Assembly: GCF_009834535.1 (NCBI RefSeq)
Contig: NC_045697.1
Span: 4,652,001-4,716,000, forward strand
Direction of reading: 5' to 3'
Length of the DNA: 64,000 nucleotides
From: Camelus ferus
Lineage: Eukaryota
Each line of letters starts with the position of its first letter. Positions within the stretch are counted from its first letter, which is position 1. The position numbers and the translations under genes were made by a program. Under the pieces are notes generated by a model, which did not search any database, was not told where the DNA came from, and saw nothing but the letters and a program-made list of their open reading frames with translations. Shown here piece after piece: positions 37,401 through 49,400 of this stretch.

Positions 37401-40400
37401 TGTCTTCACTATGGTGGTGTCAGTCACCTTCTATTACTGGCTCCTTCCTCCCGTGGAGCTCAGCCCTAAAAGAGAAACTTTGGTGGGAGAAAGAACAAAG
37501 AAAGAGATACTGGGGTATGTCCTTGGGATCAATACAGCAGTTATGGGACATAAAATGTCTTGTTTTTTGGCTGTGTCCTTGGAACCAAGTAGCCAGCTGC
37601 AGGATGAGACAGAATGTCCTGTTTTTCACCAGCCTGGCATTTTCTCCCCTTGTGGATAGCCAGCCAGGGTCAGTACGCCTGTCTAATCACCTCTCTCAAA
37701 TGCACTGTACACTTACAAATGGCTAAGATGGCCAATTTTATGTGAGGTGTGTTTTACCACAACTGAGAGAAAGCAGCGGTTCCTCATTTGCTCCCTACTC
37801 TGTGGATGGGCCCTCTGGTGTGGGCTCAGCTGGGCGGCTCTGCGGGCCACACCGAGGCTCTCGTGCCTTGGGCCCCAGCTGGGGCGGCTCTCTCCACCGC
37901 CCCCTCCCAGCAGCTCTCGTGGGCTGCTTCTCCCTGCTGGCCCCACGAGGGGGAGGCTGGAGCTGCAGGCACCCCGAGGCCCAGGCTTGGAAGTGTCCGC
38001 TGACACTTCTGCTTCGTTCTGCTGGCCGGAGCCACTCTCGAGACCAGCCCACGTTCAGGGAGAGGGGAAGAGAGACTCTGGCTCTTGGTGGGAGTTGCTG
38101 CAAAAGTTTTGTGAAACTAAAAATATTTACCCCTGTTTAACTTCTTCCTGCCTCCTATTTCTCTGGGAAGTTTTCTTATTTTTTGTTTGTTCGTTGCTCA
38201 TTCCCACTAGAATGTAGACGGGGATCCTCCCTACCTTCTTCACAGCTTTATCTCTAGCTTCTAGAATTGTTACCGAGTCCAAATTCTTTCTGCTCGCTGC
38301 ATGACAGGCCAGTAAATCAGGAGATGAGGTGTTGGGGCAAGGAATAATGACTTTTTTCGGAAAGCCAGCCGACTGAGAAGATGGGGAACTAATGTCCTGG
38401 AGAACCATCTTCCCCCAGTCAGAATTCAGGCTCCTTTTATACTAAAAAGGGGAAGGGGTGTGGTTGGTTGGTGCAAACTTCTTGGTATCAGACTCCTTTG
38501 TTCTTGCAGCTGTCTGCGTGGGTCAGGTCATGATGTTTCTGTAAACCTCCAACAAGAGAAGTGTTCTCTGTTCTGGGACTTTTTATCTCTATGAGTGGGA
38601 AAGTTTTACACCTTTAAAGATCAGAGCTTTGAGAAGGGTCTCTCCTGTGTATTTCAGGCTCTAGGCAAGATTCTTTTACAAAAGGTGCCGAACCAGCACG
38701 ACTGAGCCCAGGAAACCGAGCACAGGGTTAGAGCCAGGGGAACAGAGCTAACATGGAGTCAGATTGGTTCTTCCCTATTACATAATGGTGCTCGCACGTT
38801 AAGTTCTCAGCAAATATTTGATGAGTGAGAAAATAAATATGAAGAAGGGCTTATGGGGTCTAATAACTTTGGGAAAGCTTCCTGTTTAGTCCCTTCTTGA
38901 ATATTCTTAAAGCTCATTATCATGTTAAAATCTGCAAGAAGCCCTGGAGTCAAGAAAACTATTGGTTGCTGATGAATCCAGTTTTTCTTCACCAATACAG
39001 ATATCAACATCCCTATTTTGATTACAAACAAGAGACTCACCCCAGAGCTTGGCAAATAATGCAGATTTGCTTTAGTGGCAGAGGCGTGTGTCCAAGGACC
39101 CCATGCCAGGGGGTCCCCTGTGCTCAGCCCTGCTTCCCTCTTTCAGCCAGCTCTGCTCTCCCTTCCCCCTTGACCTGCATTCTCCACTTCTGTGGTCCCC
39201 ATGGTGGAATGCAGCAGCCCACGCTTTGTCTGGGTGGACATCTGTTCAATAGATTCGTCAGGTGTCCTTTGGTATCACTTGGACTTGGTCCCTCCTCCTG
39301 GCTCAGCTTAGCATCTGTTAGGCGCCCAGCCCTAGACTAACCATCTGTGATCTGTGGCCACGTGGTATGAACGTGGCTGTTTCCGAGGTTACTGGATGGA
39401 TGGGGAAGAAGGCATTTGCTAGCAGATGTAAGGAAGTTCTGAGAACTGGGGGGTACTAGGAGTGGGTACTGGCAACCCGATGGGCGTTCAGCACAATCCT
39501 CTAGAATTGGCATTCCATGCAGCCTCCTTGGAGAAACACTGTGATGATGGCTTTTATGGAGTTGGGAAGTTTTGTGAGCATCAGGATCTATTGTATTTCC
39601 CAAGGCTCTACTGTCAGTAGTAGAATTATCAGGCCAAGGACGTGGAAGCATGTACAACTCTTGATAGTGAATGCTTAAATGCTTAATTGGTTTTCCAAGC
39701 AGGTGCAAATTGGCTGTGCCAGTTTTCGCTGTCACTTGCTGCATAAGAGGGACTCATTTTAATGCACATTCACTAGCACTGAGCAACATACTCTAAAATT
39801 TGGTACCGTACTGAGGTTTTCATCTGAATCATTTGATTACAAATAAGACTCAATCTTGTTCTTTTTATTTGTTATCCATTTAAAAAAAATTTGTCTAAAG
39901 ATTCCGTGTGCCTTTTTTGCTTCTTTGCTTTTATTTTAATCTTTTAAATATAAAATCAGACAGATACAGAAAATTACACAAGTGAAAAATGTGGCTTTAG
40001 GAATTATGAGATTACCCTCCCCAGGTAAGAAATGGAAAAACTTTGCCCCAAACAGAGACCCCCAGCAGACCCCTCATGGGCTCCACTGCATCTAGTATTT
40101 TTTAAATAAGTGGTTTTTGGGTTTTTTTTAAAAAAACCTTTGTTAAATTTATTTCAGATTTGTTTACCATGTTGGTTGCTTGCTTTTTGAGTTTTTAAGA
40201 ATTAACTTACAGAAGTTTGCCATTTATAACAAGTCAACTTTTTCATAATTTTGATAAGCTTCTAATCTGAGATAGCTTTACCCCATCCACCCACCCACCC
40301 AGAAGGGCCAGTTCTAAAGCATATTTATCAATCTGCCATTTCATTATTTCTGCTTTCATTTGTATTGTTTACTTCTAACTTCTGATAAATTTCCATTCTC

Positions 40401-43400
40401 TTCTTTTAAAGATTCTTATTGTAGAAGCTTACTCAGCTGATAGATGCTTCCCTTCCTCTTGAAAAATTAATGAAGCATGTGAGGCTATGAATTTTCCTCT
40501 CACTATGGTTTTACCTGTTCACTCATTGATATTTCTTATGTCTGTATACACTGAAGTTTTTTTGTATATAAGTATACTTGAGTGCATAAAGGCTGATACT
40601 TTGTTAATCTCAGAATATTACTTTTTCTTTTAATGTTTCCTAATATTTTGGGAAAAGAAATATTTGGTGCCAAGGTTTTCTAGACAAGAAGCAATTTTGG
40701 GCTGGTGTTCACTATTATTTAGTATAAAAGGAGTCTCAATCCCGTTTAGTACTTTTGCCTTAATTTTTTCTTTTTCTTATCCAAATGATTCCTGATTCCA
40801 TCAACAAACATTAATTGCAGAGCACCTGCTGTGAACATGCAAGGTGAAATAATATATGAGATGTGATCCCTGTCCTCAAGCCACTTGAAGTCATATTAGG
40901 GAGCAGCCCTCCCCCCACCTCCCCTGCTCCCCTCTGGCTGCACAATGAGTCCTGTCATTTCAGCCTTTTCACATCCTCACCCCTCCCCATCCCTGGAGCT
41001 CCCTGCAGGCTCAGGGCCTCTGACCACCTGTCGCTTTTGTCTTTAGCATCCTCCAGCTTATCTCCATTTCTACACACCCAGCCACCTTCCAGAACAGTCC
41101 TTCTGAGACAAAAAAAGTCTGTGTTATTCCTTTGCTTTAAAAGCATACGTTCTACTAGACAGTAGTGATGGCTGTGCAACGGGCAATGAATGCCTCTGAA
41201 CCGTATGCTTTAAAATGGGTATGATGGTGAACTTTGTGTATTTCATCATAATAAAAAATATAAGGGATTTTTTAAAAAGCACGTGCTCCTTTGGCTTCAG
41301 CCACAAGGCACTTCCCAGTAGCTGCACACCTGCTGTCTTTCCATCTTCCTTAATGTCCATGCCACGCACATCCCTCCCTCTCAGCCCGGGTAGTTCCCTT
41401 CCCCTTGCTCCCCCTCCCCTCCACCCCTTCCTCTTCCTTCCCTTTCAGACTCAGCTTACACGTGACCTTCCTCGAGCCCTCCTTGGACCCTCACCCACAC
41501 CCCCAGGTTGGCTTGGGTGCCCCCACTGTGAATTCTGATGATGCCCTTCTGTCTTGGTTGCTACCACTCTGTACTGTGATTGTCGATTTACTGGAAAGGC
41601 ATGTTCTTTTTTCTTAATTGCATTTTTCTACTCTCTTTTATCTTGAAACAGGCGTCAATTCCTTCCAAGTCTACATGGCCTATAAGGATCTCTACCAGAT
41701 GTCCGATAGCCAGGTAGGTCCTTGCATAGCCCCGTTCCCCCACCCATCATCTGGGCAGGAATGGACCAGCTTTGTAGGCAAGGCAGCACAGGCAGGGGAG
41801 GTGTCGGAGCAGGACAGGGAGATCTCTGGGTTCCATTCCTAGTTCTGACCCTCAGCTGCCTCGTGACCTGTGTCAGTCATCACCCCTTCCTGGACCTGCA
41901 TTCCTTTCTGGCCATTAGAGGGGGCGTGAAGCAGGTGGTCCCCTGCGTGTGGTTCCCAAACTCAGCTCATCCTCAGCCTCATCTAAACAGCTCACTAAAA
42001 ACACAGATCCTTAGATTCCATCACAGATGCTTGGAGGTAGGGCTCAAGAATTGTACTTCTCAAAAGCTCTGCGGAGCTCTGGGGCTCATGTGAATTTGGG
42101 GACTGTTTCCTTAGCTCTGTCCTGGAGGAGAGCCCTGGCTGTCCCTCTGGCCAATTACAAGTCCCTTCCTTTCTCAGTTTTGTCATCTGTACAAGGTGAT
42201 CACCTCTGGCCCTACCAACTGCAGACAGTTGTTATGTGGATGAGGAGAACCAAGGAAGACGGTGATCTCAGGGGAATAGGTGTCAGGAGTTCCAGTTTAT
42301 CAGGCACCTGGCCTTCTCACGTCACTAGAATCCCTGGTTTGGTTTTGTTATCATTGCCCTGCCCTCCACTTGTTACAAAGGTGGGACAGTGCAGCAGCAA
42401 AGGGCATGGATTCTGGAGCCAGACTGCTTGGCAGCAAACCCTAGTTCGCTGTGTAGCCTGGCTAACCTCTCTGTGCTTTAGGTTCATAACAGCACCTGCC
42501 TCAGAGAGGTTGTCAGAGGATTAAATGATTTAATACAAGTAAAGGTCTAGGGCAGTGCCTGGGACACAGCTGGTGCCATATAAGTGTTCATAGCTGCTTT
42601 TCATGATCACCATGGGGTCTGATGTGCAGTGGGGGAAGCATCCCATGTCTTGCCTTTCAAAACAGACACCTGGAGTTGCAGCATGTAACTTACCCCTGGA
42701 TGCCCTGGAAACCTTTGATGCAGTCATCAAAGGCATCCAAAAGGCTGAAGGTTTGTTCAGTTTCATGGGGAAAAACAGCATGTGTCTCTAGCAGAACTGA
42801 CATTTTCCCCTGTATCATTCTAATTGTGTGTTTCGCTGAAGCCCTGGTTATAGGTGACTTGAGCAGACTTTGGGTGTAGGTCCTCCAAAGTGCTTCACAC
42901 CTCCGCGCGCCTCCGCCCCCTGCTGTCTACAGCTGAAAGTGCATCCCCCGGGCGGGGGTGTTGTCTTGTCTGCAAGGAGGAGGAGGTTGAGATTCGGGAA
43001 TCTCTGCGGAGGGAGCATGAGGCCTTGGTCCTCATCAGACAGAAATACCCAACTGCGGGTACTTTGTGGGTGGGAAGAAGGCACTGGGCAGGGTATATGT
43101 TATCTGAGTATTAGCATTGTTAGAGAACTTCGTCCCCCTAACTCCAGTTGGTCTACAAAACGATATGGGTTGGAAATCTTGTGAAGATGTATACATCTCC
43201 TGTGGTATGTGGTGGCCACGGTACAGGCTTAGCAGGTTTAGTTACATAATTTCAATAAAATTGGAAACAGTTTCTTAGCAGCAGTTGTCACCATCAGCAA
43301 CTACAGGTGCTCCAACGAAACAAAACCACAGAGAGAGCCAAAGGCACAAATAGGCACTGAGATGCGGGGTGTGATCATGCCGTGTGTGTCTTTGATCAGT

Positions 43401-46400
43401 TGTGCCCCACCTGCAGCCTTCTGCTTTTGGAACTGGAGGGTGTCGGGGGCACGGGAAGAGTCTTTCCAAGGTTACCTGTTGAGCAGCACAGTCCATTGAT
43501 AATAGATGGAGCACCTGGCAGGTGGATGACCGTGTGGGAGCAGAAAAATGGTCTTTGCAAACGCTCCTGCTGTGATATTTTTACCTCACCCCAATCCCTG
43601 TTTATCCCTCCTTAGCTCTACGAAGCCTTCACCTTCCTTAAGGGGCTGGGAGCTGTGATCTTGGTCCATGCAGAAAATGGAGATTTGATAGCTCAGGTGA
43701 GTGGTGTGAGTTTCCATTCCTTCCAGCTCGATCTGCTTCTCCTTGTTGTAAAGGGTATGAGAAAAGGGGGTGGAGGCATGGTTCAGCCTAGTGATTAGGC
43801 AAGAAAGGGTCAAGCCAAGAACTGGATGGCATGGCAGACACTCGACATGTGGGTCATGCACACACTGTCTGCAGTGTGGCCTTTGGCAGGCCACATTGTC
43901 TGTTGAATCTCAGTTTTCTCACCAATACAATGGGGCTAACAACTGCCCTGTGACCTTTGGAGGATTTGCATGAGGGACAAATAAAGATCTGAGTGAAGAT
44001 GGTTTTTGCACATCCTGGGGATGCCAGAGGCAACTCGCATGAAAGCTGGTGCTGCTCATCGTCCTACATGGCTTGGGAGCAGGGATAATGGACAGAATTC
44101 AGGCTTGGAGCAGGTGTTCCAGCCCAGCCTCCTCCATCTGACACCGGGCAAGGAACTCCACCCCGTGAAGGCTCCTGTTCCTCATGTGGAAGCACCTGCC
44201 TTGCAGCCTTGTGAGGATTAAGTGTGTGAAGTTCAGTGTCCAACATGTAACAGGCTGTGGCCATGCAGAAGTTTCAGAGAGAGTGAGACATGAACGCATT
44301 TTGATCATTCTGACCAGAGGGTGGAGAATTTAATGAGAACAGAATGAGGTCAGGTTGACCAGCTAGGTTTTACTCTAGTAATTCTCCTAGGAAATGAAGA
44401 AAGGAGGGAGAGGTGAGAATGTGACGGGGAAGGGGCACAATTTACAGGACTCACTGAATAGATGGAGGAAGCAGAGGAGGAGGTCAAGAGGGTGGGTTTC
44501 CCGGGGGCACCCCAGTGTGGGGGCTTCGGTACATCATATGCCGCACATCAAGGTCAGGCACACAGAGGATGTGGGTGCTTCCAGTGAAAGTAATTAATGC
44601 CAGGCGTGATGCTAAGGAATAGATGTATATATGTATGTATACGTGTGTGTGTGTGTGTGTGTATAATATCCTTATTTTATAGACAGGGAAGCTGAGGCTC
44701 AGACATTAGTAACTTGCTCGCTGTTACATGGGGCAGCAGAGTCAGGGTGTTAATGCACTTCCATCTGGTTCCAAAGCCCAGTGGAACTGCAGCATGATGG
44801 GTAAGTGCATGCTCTCTGAAGCTTCACCGTTAGGTTAGCTCTTGTCTTTACTTCCTATTATTTGTGTTCTTGCAGTTTTCCTGTCAGATTGAAATTATTT
44901 CAAATTCCAAGTGAAAAAGAACAGTGCCTCAGTTCTATTATGCAGCAATATTCTGGTCCTTGGTAACAGGACACTAAATCCAACCCACACCCCAAAAGAT
45001 GGGATTCACAAGGGTGTGAATGCTGGAAGTGAGGGTCCCTGGGAGCCAGGTCAGAAGTTATCTGCCAGTCTGTCCTCTGGCTGCCAATGATTGATGACCC
45101 TCTCACATGCAAAACACATTCATCCCCTTCCAAAGTCCTCCAAACTCTCATCTCATTACAGCATCAAAGTCTGGAGTCATCTAAGTCAGGTCTAGGTCTG
45201 GATGAGGCTTCTTGGGTGTAGTTCCTATAATCTGTAGGTCTGTGAAAGTAAAGAAGAAAGTTATCTGTCCCTCCTCACCCCCGACATTCAACACACAACA
45301 ATGACGGTGTTGCCATTCCTATTGAAAAGGGGAAATGGAAGGCATCAGAATTTGCTGGCCCATAGCAGTTCTGAAATCCAGTTGGATAAGTGTTGGCTGT
45401 TCCTTGATTAGAACCTGAAGCCTGAGAATAATTTTCCATGACTCTTGGCTCCAACCTCTGGGCTCTTGGTTTCATCTTTTCTTTTCATGAAAGGCAGCAC
45501 ATGCTTGAAGCTGAGTCATTTTCTCAGCCCGCTTCCTGTACTGTGGAGTCCAACTGCCTCCTTCCTTTTTGTATGTCTTGCCCCATTCAGTCCAGGCTGC
45601 CTGTGTTTTGCTAAAATAATTCTCCCAAAACCTTTGTGGGTCTCCTATGAATCTCACTGGGGTTCACTCCATGAGACAAAAGACACCTACAGATTTCTTC
45701 CCAATAAGCCCCCTTCTTCCTGTTCAGACAGCCGAGAGGTACATACTCGAGTTCCTGGGGGCTTTACTTTTGATTGAGAGGCTCTATGGGCACACCCTCA
45801 ATTCTCTGTCCCTCTCACATTTCACTCTGCGCAGCAAGAAGAAACCAGGCAGTGTCTTGACAGTCTTCTGAGGACTCCCCTCAGCTCGACCCCCCAGTTC
45901 ATTTGACGTGTTTCCCCATTTCTGCATCCCTGCAAATGGCTGTGTGGTTAGGCCTTCTGCTACTGTGTAGCAGAGGTCCCCTTCCTCCAGTTTTCAGCAA
46001 CATACTCCTCGTTTCTGTTGGAGTTCTCACTAGCCATGTCCTCAAAGTCTGTATTTCTACTAACTGTCCCTTTCAGGCTCTGTTAGGCTTTCTCTAACAC
46101 TCCTTGAAATTCTTCCAGCCTCCATCCACTGCCTGGTGCCAAAGCCATTCCCACATTTTTAAGATGTTGCTATGGTAGCACCCTACTTCTGAACACCAAA
46201 ATCTGTATTAGTTCTCCGTGGCTGCGTAACAAGTTACCCCCTAAAAGTAGCATCTTAAAAAAATGATACATGTTTACTACATCATGGGCCTGTGGGTTGG
46301 GGGGCCAGGTGTGGCTCGGCTAGGTCTTTGGGCTCAGGGACTCTCACGGCTGCAGTGAAGGTGTCAGGCTGGACCAGGGCAGGATTCCTTCCCAGCCTCC

Positions 46401-49400
46401 CTCAGATGGTGGCTTTCTGGATTCAATTCCTTGCGAGCCATCAGACTGACAGCTTCTGTTCTTTGCTGGCTGTTGGGCAGTGGCTCCCTTGGTCCCCTGC
46501 CATGTGGGCAGCTGGCAGCTGGCTTCCCTCCAAAGGACAAAGTGAGAGACCAAGAGAGGGTGGGCGAGGGGACGCGAGAGTCTTTTTGTAACCTAACCTC
46601 AGAGGTGGCACCCATCTCTTTCCTGGTGTTGATCACTGGAAGCACGGTGCCAGGTCCAGCCCGTATGCAAGGAGAGGCGGGCGTGCTGGGAGCCTCTTAG
46701 AAGCTGCCTTCCACACATACCTTAGGTTTGCTTGGTTTTGAACTTCATAAACCCAGAACCATACAATATGCACTCTTTTACGTCTGGCTTCTTTTGTTCA
46801 AAACTAGGTCTTGGGGAGGGCATAGCTCAGCGACAGAGCGTGTGCTTAGCATGCACGAGGTCCTGGGTTCAATCCCCAGTACCTCCACTAAAAATAAATA
46901 AATAAATAGACCTAATTAACCACCCCCCCCAAATAAATGAAAATAAAGGGCAAATTATTTAAAAAACAAAACCTAGGTCTGTGAGAGTCATCCCCATTGC
47001 TACGTGGAACAATAGTGTTTTCCTTTCTCATAGTGGTGTCGGCGATGCCACAACTTAGTCTCCAGCTGACAGACGTTTGGATAGTTTCAAATTTGGGACT
47101 GTTGTGTGTGAAGCTTCCTTGAGCATCTCCGTTAGTAAATTCCTGGGAGCGGGACTCCTGGGTCGTGGGTGTGCGTGTATTCCGTTTTCGCAGTCTCTGC
47201 CACACACTTTTCCAGGGTGTACCAGCCTGTGTCCCACCAGCAGTGTGTGGGAGGTTGAGTTTGGAGCCCCGAGTTCTTAAGCGCTCAGGGACCTCGTAGC
47301 TTCCTGGCTGCCAGCCTAAGATTGAGCTTTCTCAGCTCCAGTAAAGCTGTTACCTGTTGTGATCTGCTTCCCAGCTTCCAAAGCTGTGTTTCCGTTGGTT
47401 CTTTTGTACCATTTCTGTCAGTTTCGTGGAGTTTCAGAAGGCCTGAGGCAGCGCAGCGTTCACGCCAAAGCCCGCTTTTGTCTTTGCGCTGCGGGTTTTC
47501 CCCATTGTGTCATCGTTCGTCCTCTCTCCATGCTTCTCCTCCCTCTTTTCCTTCTGACAGAAATAGTAACTGCCACTTGAACAGTCTTTCACAGGGCTGT
47601 CTCCACATCATAAATCTTTTTGTAAACAGTTTACAAAAATGCTTTGTAAACACCGTCTTCAATAGCTGACATGATTCCATTCTTTACTTAAATCCACCCC
47701 AGCTGTTAGATCTTGAAATCGTTTCTAGCTTACGTTCTTAGAATAAACTCAAGCTTAATAACCATAAACGCACAGTGGAAATTACGATTCCTTTTCACGG
47801 CTGATAGTGCCTGGGGCTCCTCGTAGGGATGTGTTCAAGAATGATGCTACCGAAACGGCAGAAGTTAAAATTAGCAGCAACACAGCTGACATCTGGGCAA
47901 CGTGAAAAGATTATTTTGGAGACATGAATGTTCTCCTGGGGAGGGGACCCCCTTGGAGCCTTGGAGCGAATGGATTGAATCTAGGCCATGGGCTCAGGGA
48001 ACCATTTCATTTATGTGAAAAGCTAAAGGTAGCGGTTTCCTGCTAGACAGACAGGTGCAAGGAAGAGGAAGCGACAGTCAAGAAGATGAGAGTTGGTTGA
48101 CGGTTAGCGAGCTCTCACTATCCCCCTGGTATCGCGTGAGCATCCCACATCCGCCACCTCAGTGATTCGTTACAGCCATTCTGGTGTGTGGACTCTGCTG
48201 TTAGTGTGACAGAGAGAAGATTGAGGCCCAGAGCTTGGCCAACTCGCCCAAAGTCGCAGAGATGGTCAGTTCTGGAGCTGGACTCCCAGTGTAGGGCTGT
48301 TTGATTTTCGCATCCATGTGATACCCAAGTCCCACCCGTCTTCCCTCTCTCTTGCTCTGCAGCAGAAACTTGGGAATTTGAAGAGTGGTGGGTGGTCTTT
48401 GAAGCTCATTTCTTATAACCCTGCTTCCTCTCACTGGTCCCAGGGGGGTTGAATGGAGCAGGTGTGGAGGTGGCTCTCCAGGGTTGCAGAGGGGGAAGGT
48501 GGGCAGGTGTCGCGGAGGGAGCAAAGACGCTCTGGATCACCCGCCCAGCCCCTAGACCCCTCGGCTGCCCCATCTATCTAACCGGGGTTGGAGGATCGGT
48601 CTGTCCCGCTGTGACCTCGTATTATCACTGACTCACTTGTTCTTGTCTTACAGGAACAAAAGCGGATCTTAGAGATGGGCATCACGGGTCCTGAGGGCCA
48701 TGCTCTGAGCAGACCCGAAGAGGTAAAGGCACCTCCTCTGGGTATGACTGTGACACTGCTGAGAGCTCACTCCAGTGCTGTTCCAGCTAGAACAGCCCAG
48801 CTAGAGCCCCCGTCTCTGTCCCATTTCCCCCTACATGAGCATCCCAGCACACGCGGCCCTCTCCGGGGTCTGTCTGCCCTCAGGCTCAGGAGCCCTGAGG
48901 ATGCAGGTCCATCAGGGGAGCCGGGAAAGGCAGGGCCCGGGCACTTCATACCAAGGCCCCACGGACGCGCCAGGGTGCAGAATCCTTACTGAGGGCTTTG
49001 TGTATTTGATGACAGGAAAATGGAGCCACATGTCCCAGGCACAGCAACATCAAGACAGCCACCCCCACACAGACCTCCTGTTCAGTGTGCTCTAAGACTT
49101 GACGAGGGACGAATTCCACTGGGAGTGGCAGAGTGCGTGTGTGTGCGTGTGTGTGTAGTGTGTGTGTGCACCTGTGTGTGTTAATGTGTGTGCACCTGTG
49201 TGTGCATGCACTTGTGTGTGTGTGCACCTCTGTATGTGTGTGTCTGTGTAGTGTGTGTGCACCTGTGTGTGTTAGTGTGTGCACCTGTGTGTAGTGTGTG
49301 TAGTATGTGCACCTGTGTGTGTAGTGTGTGCACCTGTGTGTGTGCGTGCACCCGTGTGTGTGTGTAGTGTGTGTGTGCACCTGTGTGTGTGCACCTGTGT

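Noticed and set aside
46813..46887. Apparent tRNA-Ala(AGC) gene (also at 50337 and 59190)
   Set aside because: A-rich tails, flanking duplications, mutated loops and no oligo-T terminator indicate SINEs
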